A stretch of 64,000 bases of DNA from contig NC_086097.1 in assembly GCF_963921235.1 (NCBI RefSeq), forward strand, positions 121,026,001 to 121,090,000. Reading direction: 5' to 3'. A program made the position numbers and the translations under genes. The notes beneath the pieces were generated by a model. That model was not told the DNA's origin. It did not search any database and saw only the letters and a program-made list of their open reading frames with translations. Within the stretch, counting starts at the first letter, position 1; the number at the start of each line of letters is the position of its first letter. The DNA is from Mobula hypostoma. Lineage: Eukaryota. Of this stretch, positions 38,301-51,237 are shown piece after piece.

Positions 38301-39333
38301 CCCCTGTAAATCTAGTTTAAACCCCCTGGAGCAGCACTAGCAAATCTACCCACAAGGATGTTAGTCCCCCTCCAGTTCAGGTGCAAACTGTCCTGTCGGA
38401 ACAGGTTCCACCTTCCCTGGAACAAAGCCTAATTGTCCATAAACATGAAGCCCTCCCTCCTGCACCATCTCCTTAGCCACGTATTTAGCTGCATTACCTT
38501 CCTATTTCTAATCTCACTAGCACATGGCACGGGTAGCAATCCTGAGATTGCAACCCTAGGGGTCCTGTCCTTCAACTTTGCACCTACCTCCCTAAACTCT
38601 CTTTGCAGGACCTTCTCCTCCTTCCTATCCACGTCATTGGTCCCTACATGGATCACAACATCTGGCTGCTCATCCTCCCTCCTGAGAACAGCAAGAACTT
38701 GATCTGAGATATTGCAGACTCTGGCAGCAGGGAGGCAACAGACCATCCGGGATTCTCGATCTCTTGCACAGAACCTCTTATCTGTCCCCCTAACTATCGA
38801 ATCTCCTATCACTACTGCTCTCCTCTTTTCCCTCCTTCCCTTCTGAGCTGAGGGTCCAGTCTTGGTGCCGGAGACGCATCCACTACAACTTGTCCCTGAT
38901 AGGTCGTCCCCACCAACGGTCTCCAAAATGGTATACTTATTGTTGATGGGATTGGCCACAGGGGTGCTCTGCTCTTTCTGTCTATCCCCCTTTCCTCTCC
39001 TGACAGTCACCCAGCTACCTTCGAAGAAGGAAGTCTGAGAGTCGGAGCGGGAGTGCGGAGGAAGACATTTTTGAAATATTCGTTTTTTTTTCTCCAACGG
39101 CATTCAGAGAGGCGGGACTGCACAGGCGTGTGACGTTGGGCAGTGCAGCGCGGCAGATTTAAAAGGAACAGAGCCTCATACAGTGGGCAGCGTAGTTTGC
39201 GGGCGGCGGAGTGAGCCGGGAGCACACTGAAGGCTTAAGGGCTTCGGCTCAACGGGCTTAGGCGGAAACGGGCGGGGCGAGGCGAGGAAGGTTTGGTATT
39301 CATTTTCTGTTGTTATTTGAGGAGAGGGGCAGT

Positions 39334-40267
39334 ATGAGTGTGAGGGCAGTTTGTTGTTCTCGGTGTCGGATGTGGGAGGCCCTGGAGTCTCCAAGCCTCC
39401 CAGATGTCTACATCTGTGCCAAGTGCATCGAGATCCAGCTCCTAAGGGACCGCGTTACGGAACTGGAGCTGCAGCTCGATGACCTTCGTCTGGTCAGGGA
39501 GAGTGAGAGTTGATAGAGAGGAGTTACAGGCAGGTGGTCACACCAGGGCCACGGGACGCAGACAAGTGGGTCACGGTTAGGAGGGGGAAGGGGAAGAGTC
39601 AGGTAATAGAGAGTACCCCGGTGGCTGTGCCCCTTGACAATAGGTACTCCTGTTTGAGTACTGTTGGGGGGGACAGCTTACCCGGGGGAAGCGACAGTGG
39701 CCGTGCCTCCAGCACAGAGTCCGGCCCTGTAGCTCAGAAAGGTAGGGCAAGGAAGAGGAGGGCAGTTGTGATAGGGGACTCGATAGTAAGGGGGTCAGAT
39801 AGGCGATTCTGTGGACGCAGTCCAGAGACCCGGATGGTAGTTTGCCTCCCTGGTGCCAGGGTCCGGGATATTTCTGATTGTGTTCAAGATATCCTGAAGT
39901 GGGAGGGTGAGGAGCCAGAGGTCGTGGTACATATAGGTACCAATGACATAGGTAGGAAAAGGAAAGAGGTCCTGAAAGGAGAATATAGGAAGCTAGGAAG
40001 GGAGTTGAGAAAAAGGACTGCAAAGGTAGTAATCTCGGGATTACTGCCTGTGCCACACAACAGTGAGAGTAGGAATGAGATGAGGTGGAGGATAAATGCG
40101 TGGCTGAGGGATTGGAGCAGGAGGCAGGGATTCAAGTTTTTGATCATTGGGACCTCTTTTGGCGCAGGCATGACCTGTACAAAAAGGACGGGTTACACTT
40201 GAATCCTAGGGGGACCAATATCCTAGCAGGGAGATTAGCGAGGGCTACTGAGGTGACATTAAACTAG
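39334..40267 (+). pseudogene. CR1-B ORF1 (Cys-rich finger, leucine zipper, SGNH esterase), two frameshifts
   Basis: CSRCRMW..CAKC, LELQLDDL, VVIGDSIVRG, HIGTND, DGLHL; frame breaks near 39510 and 40140. Confidence 0.9.
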
Positions 40268-40367
40268 AATGGTTGTGGGGTGGGAATCAAATTAAAGAAG
40301 CTAGGCGAGAGGAGGTTAGTTCACAACAGGGGGATGGGAACCAGTGCAGAGAGACAGAGGGGTGTAA

Positions 40368-43304
40368 GTGAGGGTAGAAGCAAAAAGTACTAAGGAGAAA
40401 AGTAAAAGTGGCAGGCCGACAAATCCAGGGCAAGCATCAAAAAGGGCCACTTTTCAACATAATTGTATAAGGGCTAAGAGAGTTGTAAAAGAGCGCCTGA
40501 AGGCTTTGTGTGTCAATGCCAGGAGCATTCGTAACAAGGTGGATGAATTGAAAGTGCAGATTGTTATTAATGATTATGATATAGTTGGGATCACAGCGAC
40601 ATGGCTCCAGGGTGACCAAGGATGGGAGCTCAAGGTTCAGGGATATTCAATATTCAGGAGAGATAGACATGAAAGAAAAGGAGGTGGGGTGGTGTTGCTG
40701 GTTAAAGATGAGATTAACGCAACAGAAAGGAAGGACATAAGCCGGGAAGATGTGGAATCGATATGGGTAGAGCTGCATAACCATAAGGGGCAGAAAATGC
40801 TGGTGGGAGTTATGTGCAGGCCACCTAACAGTAGTAGTGAGGTCGGAGATGGTATTAAACAGAAAATTAGAAATGTGTGCAATAAAGGAACAGCAGTTAT
40901 AATAGGTGACTTCAATCTACATGTAGATTGGGTGAACCAAATTGGTAAAGGTGCTGAGGAAGAGGATTACTTGGAATGTATGCGGGATGGTTTTTTGAAC
41001 CAACATGTCGAGGAACCAACGAGAGAGCAGGCTATTCTAGACTGGGTTTTGAGCAATGAGGAAGGGTTAATTAGCAATCTTGTCGTGAGAGGCCCCTTGG
41101 GTAAGAGTGACCATAATATGGTGGAATTCTTCATTAAGATGGAGAGTGACATAGTTAATTCAGAAACAAAGGTTCTGAACTTAAAGAGGGGTAACTTTGA
41201 AGGAATGAGTCGTGAATTAGCTAAGATAGACTGGCAAATGACACTTAAAGGATTGACGGTGGATATGCAATGGCAAGCATTTAAAGATTGCATGGATGAA
41301 CTACAACAATTGTTCATCCCAGTTTGGCAAAAGAATAAATCAAGGAAGGTAGTGCACCCGTGACTGACAAGAGAAATTAGGGATAGTATCAATTCCAAAG
41401 AAGAAGCATACAAATTAGCCAGAAAAAGTGGCTCACCTAAGGACTGGGAGAAATTCAGAGTTCAGCAGAGGAGGACAAAGGGCTTAATTAGGAAGGGGAA
41501 AAAAGATTATGAGAGAAAACTGGCAGGGAACATAAAAACTGACTGTAAAAGCTTTTATAGATATGTAAAAAGGAAAAGACTGGTAAAGACAAATGTACGT
41601 CCCCTACAGACAGAAACAGGTGAATTGATTATGGGGAGCAAGGACATGGCAGACCAATTGAATAATTACTTTGGTTCTGTCTTCACTAAGGAGGACATAA
41701 ATAATCTTCCAGAAATAGTAGGGGACAGAGGGTCCAGTGAGATGGAGGAACTGAGCGAAATACATGTTAGTAGGGAAGTGGTGTTAGGTAAATTGAAGGG
41801 ATTAAAGGCAGATAAATCCCCAGGGCCAGATGGTCTGCATCCCAGAGTGCTTAAGGAAGTAGCCCAAGAAATAGTGGATGCATTAGTGATAATTTTTCAA
41901 AACTCGTTAGATCCTGGACTAGTTCCTGAGGATTGGAGGGTGGCTAATGTAACCCCACTTCTTAAAAAAGGAGGGAGAGAGAAACTGGGGAATTATAGAC
42001 CGGTTAGCCTAAAGTCGGTGGTGGGGAAACTGCTGGAGTCAGTTATCAAAGATGTGATAATGGCACATTTGGAAAGCGGTGAAATCATCGGACAAAGTCA
42101 GCATGGATTTGTGAAAGGAAAATCATGTCTGACGAATCTCATAGAATTTTTTGAGGATGTAACTAGTAGAGTGGATAGGGGAGAACCAGTGGATGTGGTA
42201 TATTTGGATTTTCAAAAGGCTTTTGACAAGGTCCCACACAGGAGATTAGTGTGCAAACTTAAAGCACACGGTATTGGGGGTAAGGTATTGATGTGGATAG
42301 AGAATTGGTTAGCAGACAGGAAGCAAAGAGTGGGAATAAACGGGACCTTTTCAGAATGGCAGGCAGTGACTAGTGGGGTACCGCAAGGCTCAGTGCTGGG
42401 ACCCCAGTTGTTTACAATATATATTAATGACTTGGATGAGGGAATTAAATGCAGCATCTCCAAGTTTGTGGATGACACGAAGCTGGGCGGCAGTGTTAGC
42501 TGTGAGGAGGATGCTAAGAGGATGCAGAGTGACTTGGATAGGTTGGGTGAGTGGGCAAATTCATGTCAGATGCAATTTAATGTGGATAAATGTGAAGTTA
42601 TCCACTTTGGCGGCAAAAATAGGAAAACAGATTATTATCTGAATGGTGGCCGATTAGGGAAAGGGGAGGTGCAACGAGACCTGGGTGTCATTATACACCA
42701 GTCATTGAAAGTGGGCATGCAGGTACAGCAGGCGGTGAAAAAGGCGAATGGTATGCTGGCATTTATAGCGAGAGGATTCGAGTATAGGAGCAGGGAGGTA
42801 CTACTGCAGTTGTACAAGGCCTTGGTGAGACCACACCTGGAGTATTGTGTGCAGTTTTGGTCCCCTAATCTGAGGAAAGACATCCTTACCATAGAGGGAG
42901 TACTAAGAAGGTTCACCAGATTGATTCTTGGGATGGCAGGACTTTCATATGAAGAAAGACTGGATGAACTAGGCTTGTACTCGTTGGAATTTAGAAGATT
43001 GAGGGGGGATCTGATTGAAATGTATAAAATCCTAAAGGGATTGGACAGGCTAGATACAGGAAGATTGTTCCCGATGTTGGGGAAGTCCAGAACGAGGGGT
43101 CACAGTTTGAGGATAAAGGGGAAGCCTTTTAGGACTGAGATTAGGAAAAACTTCTTCATACAGAGAGTGGTGAATCTGTGGAATTCTCTGCCACAGGGAA
43201 CAGTTGAGGCCGGTTCATTGGCTATATTTAAGAGGGAGTTAGATATGGCCCTTGTGGCTACGGGGATCAGGGGTTATGGAGGGAAGGCTGGTGCAGGGTT
43301 CTGA
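40368..43304 (+). pseudogene. CR1-B ORF2 (APE endonuclease + reverse transcriptase) with a single in-frame stop
   Basis: ORFs 40368-41363 and 41625-43304 are in the same frame; only TGA 41361-41363 (expected PW) interrupts; NARS, GDFN, SDH, QGSVLGP, FVDD motifs. Confidence 0.93.
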
Positions 43305-44429
43305 GTTGGATGATCAGCCATGATCATAATAAATGGCGGTGCAGGCTCGAAGGGCCGAATGGCCTACTCCTGCACCTATTTTCTATGTTTCTATGTTTCT
43401 ATGTTACCTGCCTCCTGACTTTTAGGGTTGACTGTCTCCCTGAAACTCCTGCCTATTTCTGCCTCTGCCTCACGAATGATCCGAAGTTCATCCAGCTCCA
43501 GCTCCAGTTCCCTAACTCGGTTTGTCAGGAGCTGCAGCTGGATGCACCTTTTACAGGTGTAGTCATCAGGGACAACTGTGCTCGCCCTGACTTCCCACAT
43601 ACTGCAAACGGAGCACTCGACTGCCCTAACTGCTGCCTCCATTACCTACTCTTAAGTTAATTAAATTAATTTAAAGGAACTTACCGGCCTTACCTCACTT
43701 GGAGCATGCTCGTCCTCAGCCTCTGCTCGCCAAAGCCTCTCGAGCCAAAGCCTCAAAGCTCCACTCCTACCCTGAGCTACTCATACACTGGCCACTCCTC
43801 TTCAGTTACCCCTCCTTTCATTTGTCCCTGCCAATTATCTCAAGTACTCACTCCCTCTGATCAACTAATCAACACTCTGTTTAACCCTTCAGTTGCCCTC
43901 CATGCTCCTTTTAAAGCACACTCATCTCAGCTCCTCAGCTGCTTCCCATCACTCAACGCTCTCCCAAGCCCCTTGCTCCTCCTCCCACTGCGATGGTCCC
44001 ATGGTCACACTGTCCTGAATCCCTGCTCTGCGCTCCTTTTAAAGCACTCTCCTCAGCTGCTTCCCAGCAGTGCTCTCCAGAGCCCCTCGCTCCTCCTCCT
44101 GCTGCGACAGTCCCACGATCACACTGTCCCCTCTGCCATCCGATTCCTAAATGGACATTGAAGCTTTGACACTACCTCACTTTTTTAAAATATACAGTAT
44201 TTCTGTTTTTACACTTTTTTTAATCTATTCAATATATGTAATTTATTTACTTGTTTATTTATTATGTTTTATTTTATTTATTATTATTTTTTTCTCTCTC
44301 TGCTAGATTATATATTGCATTGAACTGCTGCTGCTAAGTTAACAAATTTCACGCCACATGCCAGTGATAATAAACCTGATTCTGATTCTGATCTACTAGT
44401 CTATGGATTTTGGGAGGAAATTAGAGCGT

Positions 44430-44986
44430 TTGTGCTCTGCATCCATTTCCTCGTAAAGCTGCTCAAACAGACGTTTCTTAGCCTTAGCAATACGGCTAGC
44501 CACTAAGTACGATGCTCTCAGAGCAGCAGCATTTGTGGAGGTGGTTGCTCTCAGCACTTGCTTCTGTCCCGCTTGCTCACGTTTTTTTCCACTCAAAAAA
44601 CTCAACGGGTTTGTCTTTAAGTGCAGGGTGCTTGGACTCAAGGTGCCGAAGCAGTTTTGAGGGCTTCATTACCGCATTAGACAGCATGTCTTCACGTATT
44701 GCACACAGGAGTCACCAGTCGCAATAAAGCCATATTTTATGTACGACTCGTCGTATTTTCTGTTGAAGGAAGCTTTCTTTTTTTTTTGTAGTCTCGGCCT
44801 CAGCTGTCTCTGTGTTATCATCATCGTTAGGCCTTTTATGTCCCCTACCACCTCTTCTAAAGAAACTCCCCAGCGACGTTTGTTGTTTACTGATCATACC
44901 GTCAAATCATATCATTTCCTCACGGACCGGTAGCACATGCTTTGCAGCCCGGTACTGGTCCGCGGCCCGGTGGTTGGGGACCACTG
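44430..44986 (-). mobile_element. hAT (Charlie/Buster-type) transposon remnant with internal deletion
   Basis: Terminus cagtggtccccaacc; RKYDESYIKYGF, MKPSKL.RHL..KH, ALRASYLVASRIAKAKK fused to RLFEQLYEEMDAEH. Confidence 0.88.
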
Positions 44987-45540
44987 GTGTACTGTACCAT
45001 CAGTTATGGTTGAAATGACAATAAAAAGTGACTTGACTTGACTTGACAGACATGTCCAGATATTAGGAATTTGCTGTAGTGTGTTGGTCAGGTTGCAACA
45101 CACAACAAAAAACAACATTCAACAATTATAAAGAATGAAAAATTATAGAAAAAATAAAGTTAGAAGTACAGATATTGAATAAATACATAACACATTATAC
45201 ATAAATACATAAATTCCAGCATGTATTTACAATGTAAAGAGTATTATAAAAACTGGTTTAAAGTGTTTAGAGAGCCGTGCAGTGACTGGGGTAATAGGTG
45301 AAGAGAGATGGAGCAGGTTACTAGAATGGTTGATCAGATTAACTGCCTCGGGAAAAAAAACTTCTAAGATGGCACGAAGATATTGCTCTAATAGCCCTAT
45401 AGCACTTTCCAGAGGAGAGATTTCAGAGAAGGCAGTTTGCAGGTTGGTTAGTAGCCGCAATGATTTTTCCTGGCCAGTTCTTCATCTGGGACATGTCAAA
45501 CCTTGACATGGATGAGCTACAGCACAGAAGACCACAAACA

Positions 45541-45601
45541 TACACCCAGTGGCTACTTTATTAAATATAGGAGGTACCTAATAATGTAACTACTGAGTGT
45601 A
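45541..45601. mobile_element. Minimal Tc1 derivative made of two TIRs
   Basis: tacacccagtggctactttatta ... taataatgtaactactgagtgta. Confidence 0.65.
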
Positions 45602-45689
45602 CCTGGATGAAGCCTGTATCCACTTGTTCAATACTCGGAACATTCATTTTAGCTTCATCATGTTGTTGTATCCAGTTAATGGAGCAGGA

Positions 45690-45940
45690 AGAAAGATTTG
45701 CTCCTACAGAGTTGCCTTGCAGCTTCAGGATGTGTCAAAATACTTTGCAACCAATTAATTACTTTTTGAAGTAAGTCACACTGCAGCCAATTTGCAAACA
45801 GCATGTTTCTACAGCAATGTGGCAATGACAAACTAATCTGTTTAGAAGTAATGCTAATTGGACAAATATTACACCAGACACTGATGACAGCTTCCAAGCT
45901 CTTCTTTGAAATAGTTATAAGGGATTGTTTTTATGTCAAT
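45690..45940 (-). mobile_element. Ancient DeuSINE (SacSINE1/AmnSINE-like) remnant
   Basis: tcaggatgtgtcaaaatacttt.caaccaat..tactttttgaagt..gcagccaatttgc..acagca..ctcttctttgaaatagt resembles the reverse complement of the Deu-domain SINE body, from memory. Confidence 0.6.
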
Positions 45941-47224
45941 GCTGGAAACACTAAGCAGGTCGGGTTATGTGTGTGGAAAGAAGCCCATAGCTTTCAATCT
46001 GAATCTCTTCCATAGATACTGCCTGACCAGCTGAAGAGAATATATTTGCTGTGGAGATAGTCGATATGATGGAACAGAATACAATATTCGGAATACTTTG
46101 GCTCAGTAGAGAATAAATTTAGTATCAGTGACAAATGCTTTACATTTACGGACCAAATGTTTCTATTGGTCATTCCCATGAACGTTATTCAAATACAACC
46201 AGAAACAGCCTATCTAAATTTGATTAGTTAATGCTGCAATTCCACTGTTGCAACAGGATTGATACCCAAGTTAAAATCATGTTGTTTCTCTATATGCCTT
46301 CAGTCCAGGCTCTTACAAACAACAAATTATAAATATTTTTAAAATACAGCTATGGAGTATTTCCACATCTGATGAAGCTGGTCGGATAAAGCATTAAACG
46401 TTAACATGAGCCATTATTGCAATGAAAAAATATGAGCCTGTAAAGTTGGGAGAAGGACTGGTTGAAGTACACAACAGGGGTTTGTGCTTTTCACATTCAG
46501 GAAATCCAAAATACTTTTCTGAAGCCAAGAACACCCTCCAATCTCTTCCAAATTATTGAATGATTTACACAAACAAAATGCTGGGAGAACTCAGCAACTC
46601 GGGCAGCTCAAGATCATTTAGCGTGAAACATCAGCTGTTCATTTCCCTCCACAGATGCTGCCTGAGCAGCTGAATTCCTCTGTTTTGTCTGTATTGTTCC
46701 TGATTTCCAGTGTCTACATTCTCTTGCTTGTGTCTCAATTGAACGGATTCTTGCTTCCAAAAATTGCTTCCGTGGTTCCACGTTAGAGCTCTTCAATTAG
46801 ATCTTTGCCTTTGCTACTAAAATATCTCTGATATGCATCACAAATTATATTCATTATAACCAAGACTTCTCGTCTCCTCCCAGTAATATTTCTGCCCCAT
46901 GCGTATCAGGAATCTGTTTACCACTATGTTAATATATTCAGAGACTTAGCTCTTTGAAACTGAGAGTTTCAACAGCCCAAAGTCAATTAAATAATGAGTC
47001 CTTATTTTTAAGCAGAGATCTCTAGCTGCAGGTTCTCATTCAAGAGGAAACGTCTTCTCCCACGTCCACCCTCTGTAAGATCCCTCAGGATTTTGTACAT
47101 ATTGATACATTCTAATGAATTACAATTAATTGTTTTATGTAAAAATGCATATATTTAACAAGATAAAAGCCCAACTATGCTGGATTTCTTTTTTTTTTTA
47201 CGACAACAAAGTGAAAATCACTTG

Positions 47225-47500
47225 AGGATTTTAGACAGGGTTAATGCAAGCAGGCATTTTCCACTGATGTTGGGTAGAACTACAGATCATAGGTTAAGGG
47301 TGAAAGGTGAAATACTGAAGGGGAACTTCTTCACTCAGAGGGTAGTGCAAGTGTGGAACGAAGTGTGGAATATGCCTAGATGGGAAGTATATGGAATGAT
47401 ATTGTCCATGTGTTTGCCGATGAAACTAGACAGAATAACAGTTCAGCGTGTGTAGGTAGCCTGAGGGCCTGTTTCTGTGCTGTAGTGCTCCATGACTATA
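47225..47500 (+). mobile_element. CR1 3' fragment
   Basis: DRVNASRHFPL..GNFFTQRVVQVWN; gggcctgtttctgtgctgta. Confidence 0.8.
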
Positions 47501-47859
47501 TCTACAGTATCTGCTGATCTTCACGTGGGTGACCAAGTCATCCTATTTTATCTCCTTCTTTTCTAATTTGCGGCGCCTAATTCTATTTCTAATAATGCAG
47601 TAGTACAAGTGAATCTCCTGCAGATACTCTCTTCCCACTCCTGCATTATTGCCACTGGAATCCATCAGATTCCGTCCTTGGTTATCTCCATTCTCCCTCA
47701 GCAACATCAGCTGTAAATTCATCAGGTTCCACAAGCAGTCCGGTAATAGCTAATCCTACATCGCGACCACCTCACAAAAATCTTCACTGCTTTTGATTTT
47801 CATATTGCTTGTATGCAATATATTGCATCCACGTGGAGCGCTGCCACAAGTAAACAGCA

Positions 47860-48295
47860 ACCATCACCAAGGAACTCCACCATCAAGACCATGTTCTTTT
47901 TCCACTGCTCCCAGGAATGAGGTCCAGGAGCCTTAGGTCCCACATTACCAACATGAAGAATAGTCATTACCCTTCAACCATCATGCTCCTGCATTTGCAC
48001 GAGTGACTTCACTCACCTCAACTCCGAACTGATTCCGTAACCTATGAACACCCTTTTCAAGGACTCTACAACTCATGTTCGCAGTATCATTTATTTATTT
48101 GTTTGTTTGTTTGTTTATTTATTGTACCTGCACTGTTTGTAATCATTTACACATTGGCTGTTTGTCTTTGATTGTAGTTTTTCACTTATTCTATTGTATT
48201 TTTGTCCTACTGTGAATGCCCGCAAGAAAATGAATCTCAGGATAGTATATGGCACCATATATGTACTTTAATAATAAATTTACTTTGAACTTTGA
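47860..48295 (+). mobile_element. Rex1/Babar-type 3' fragment
   Basis: aataaatttactttgaactttga tail and shared 3'UTR. Confidence 0.6.
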
Positions 48296-48452
48296 TATCC
48301 TTTATTGCCAGGCCAGCGATTCTCCTCCACTTAATTATTGGCAAGCTCAAAGCTGCCACCTTCAGTCTACGTCACAAACTACATCCCCAAATCACCAGAT
48401 CCATTCCACTTTCATCCATTGACTATGGCTAAACTTGACCTTTTGATGGCTC

Positions 48453-48785
48453 TTGGTCTGTACTCACTGGAGTTTAGAAGAGCGAGGGGGGAATCTCAAT
48501 GAAACCTATCAAGTATTGAAAGGCCTAGACAGAGTGGATGCGGAGAGGATGTTTCCTATAGTGGGAGAATCCAGGACCAGAGGGCACAGTCTCAGAATAG
48601 GACATCCCTTCAGAACAAAGATGAGGATGCCAATGGGTGGTGAATCCAATGAATTCCATTGCCACAAAAAGCTGTAGAGATCAAGTCATTCTGTATATTT
48701 AGGGTGGAGATTGGCATGTTCTTGATTAATCAGGACGTGAAAGGTTATGGGAGAATGCAGGCGAATGAGGATGAGAGGGATAATG
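48453..48785 (+). mobile_element. CR1 3' fragment
   Basis: LKGLDRVDAERMFPIVGESRTRGHSLRI. Confidence 0.82.
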
Positions 48786-48904
48786 ATCTTTCTGAAGGCC
48801 ATATCGGTGACGCTCAGGTCTGGCAATCATGTAAAATAACAAAAGTTCAAATACAACCTCTGGGAAAGCCATCCCACATGCAAAGTGGCAATTCCAGACC
48901 AAAC

Positions 48905-49187
48905 TTCATTTATTTATTTAGAGGTACGGCATGAAGTAGGCCTTTCGAGCTACACTGCCCAGCAACCCACCAGTTTAACCCTCACATAATCATGGGTCAA
49001 CTTACAATCACCAATTAACCTACTAACTGGAACATTTTTGAACTGGGGGAGGAAACCGAAGCACCCAGAGGAAACCCACAAACAAATGGGAAGGAATGTA
49101 AAAGCATGCTTACAGAAGATGCCGGAATTGAACTATGAACTCCGATGCCCTGAGCTATAACAGAGTCATGCCAACCGCTATGCTACA
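48905..49187 (-). mobile_element. V-SINE
   Basis: gggaggaaaccgaagcacccagaggaaacccac is the reverse complement of the V-domain. Confidence 0.78.
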
Positions 49188-49189
49188 GA

Positions 49190-51006
49190 TGCTCTGTAGC
49201 TGGGGCAGGGCTAGAATGCCATCACTTCCTACAAAGTGAAACTAAGCAACACAGGAGACAACAAGACTTCACTCCCAGATGAGCACAATGGCTTTTATGC
49301 TTGCTTTGAATGTGAAAACATGGAAGCGTGTCATCTAAAGCTTTGACAAACTTCTATAGATGTGTATTGGATAGTACATTGATTGGTTGCATCATGATCT
49401 GGTATGGAAACACGAGTGACCTTGAATGGAAAAAACTTACAAAAAGTAGCGGATACAGCCTAGTACATCATGGGAAAAGCCTTCCCACCCATTAAACTCA
49501 CCAAAGTGCAGGAAAGCAGCATCCATCATTTGAGACCCCACCATACAGGCCATGCTTTATAACCATATAACCATATAACAATTACAGCATGGAAGCAGGC
49601 CATCTCGGCCCTTCTAGTCCATGCCAAACTCCTACTCTCACCTAGTCCCACCAACCTGCACTCAGCCCATAACCCTCCATTCCTTTCCTGTCTATATATC
49701 TATCCAATTTAACTTTAAATGACAACATCGAACCTGCCTCAACCACTTCTGCTGGAAGCTTGTTCCACACAGCCACCACTCTCTGAGTAAAGAAGTTCCC
49801 CTTTATGTTACCCCTAAACTTTTGCCCTTTAACTCTCAGCTCATGTCCTCTTGTTTGAATCTCCCTCACTCTCAATGGAAAAAGCCTATCCACGTCAACT
49901 CTATCTATCCCCCTCATAATTTTAAATACCTCTATCAAATCCCCCCTCAACCTTCTACGCTCCAAAGAATAAAGACCCAACTTGTTCAACCTTTCTCTGT
50001 AACTTCGGAGATGAAACCCAGGCAACATTTTAGTAAATCTCCTCTGTACTCTCTCAATTTTATTGACATCTTTCCTATAATTCGGTGACCAAAACTGTAT
50101 ACAATACTCTAAATTTGGCCTCACCAATGCCTTACACAATTTCAACATTACATCCCAACTCCTATACTCAATGCTCTGATTTATAAAGGCCAGCATACCA
50201 AAAGCTTTCTTCACCACCCTATCCACATGAGATTCCACCTTCAGGGAACTATGCACCATTATTCTTAGATCCCTCTGTTCTTCATTCTTCAATGCCCTAC
50301 CATTTACCATGTATGTCCTATTTTGATTAGTCCTACCAAAATGTAGCACCTCACATTTATCAGCATTAAACTTCATCTGGCATCTTTCAGCCCACTCTTC
50401 TAAGTGGTCTAAATCTCTCTACAAGCTTTGAAAACCTAATTCATTATCCACAACTCCACCTATCTTAGTATCATCTGCATACTTACTAATCCAATTTACC
50501 ACCCCATCATACAGATCATTAATATATATGACAAACAACACTGAACCCAATACAGATCCCTGAGGCACACCACTAGACAGCGTCCTCCAATCTGACACAC
50601 AGTTATCCACCACTACTCTCTGGCCTCTCCCATCCAGCCACTGCTGAATCCATTTTACTACTCTTTACATTTTACTTTCTTCTCTCTGCTGCCATTAGGA
50701 AGGAGGCCCAGGAACCCTCAGGACCTACACCACCAGGCTCCTCAACAATCAGGTTCTTAAACCAGAGGGACAACTTTATTCAACCTCACTCACCTCAATA
50801 CTGACTGTTCTAACAACTTTCAGACTCACTTTCAAGGACTTGTCATTTTAAGTTCTCAATATTTATTGTTTATATATTTATTACTATTATTTCCTTTTTT
50901 TCCTTTGTATTTACTGTGAATGCCTGCAAGAAAATGAATCTCAGGGTTTGTATATAGTGTCGTATACTGCATGTATTTTGATAACAAATTTACTTTAATT
51001 ACTTTG
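49190..51006 (+). mobile_element. Rex1/Babar-type fragments split by the CR1 at 49560-50662
   Basis: aacttctatagatgt..ctggtatggaaac..gaccccaccat; resumes ctgccattaggaaggagg..actttga tail. Confidence 0.6.
49560..50662 (-). mobile_element. 5'-truncated CR1
   Basis: SSGVPQGSVLG..KYADDTK; 244-aa C-terminal ORF; (ttatatgg)n tail. Confidence 0.95.
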
Positions 51007-51237
51007 AGTAAATCAATCATGATAGAATCACAGAGCAGACTCAATGGCAGAATGGTGCAAGTGTGCTCCTATACCTTCTGAATCAGACTTCCACAGTTAC
51101 CTCAGCTACAGCTCCCTCCCACCTTGTCTCTTGAAAGGACTCCATTCTTTCTCTGTTCCATTCCACCACTCCAAGGCGTGAAATGACCCCCCTTTCTCAG
51201 GAAATCCTTTCTTCTGGGATTGATGGAGCCATCATAT

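Larger units (their letters stand above)
39021..43404 (+). mobile_element. Full-length young CR1 LINE (CR1-B), 4.38 kb
   Basis: GC-rich 5'UTR, ORF1, ORF2, (ttctatgt)n tail; TACCT duplicated at 39016-39020 and 43405-43409. Confidence 0.97.
35083..44127 (-). mobile_element. Full-length decayed CR1 (CR1-A) interrupted by CR1-B and a SINE
   Basis: ORF1 N-terminus 43391-43642 (C-rich + zipper) joins 38429-39020 (VVIGDSIVRG esterase); APE 37797-38267; RT 35978-36934; 3' tail at 35083. Confidence 0.95.
35006..44392 (+). mobile_element. Rex1/Babar 3' fragment split into 35006-35082 and ~44128-44392 by the CR1 nest
   Basis: ...gacagcttcttccc | ccctctgccatccgattcctaaatggac.. rejoin; gattctgattctga tail. 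Confidence 0.75.
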
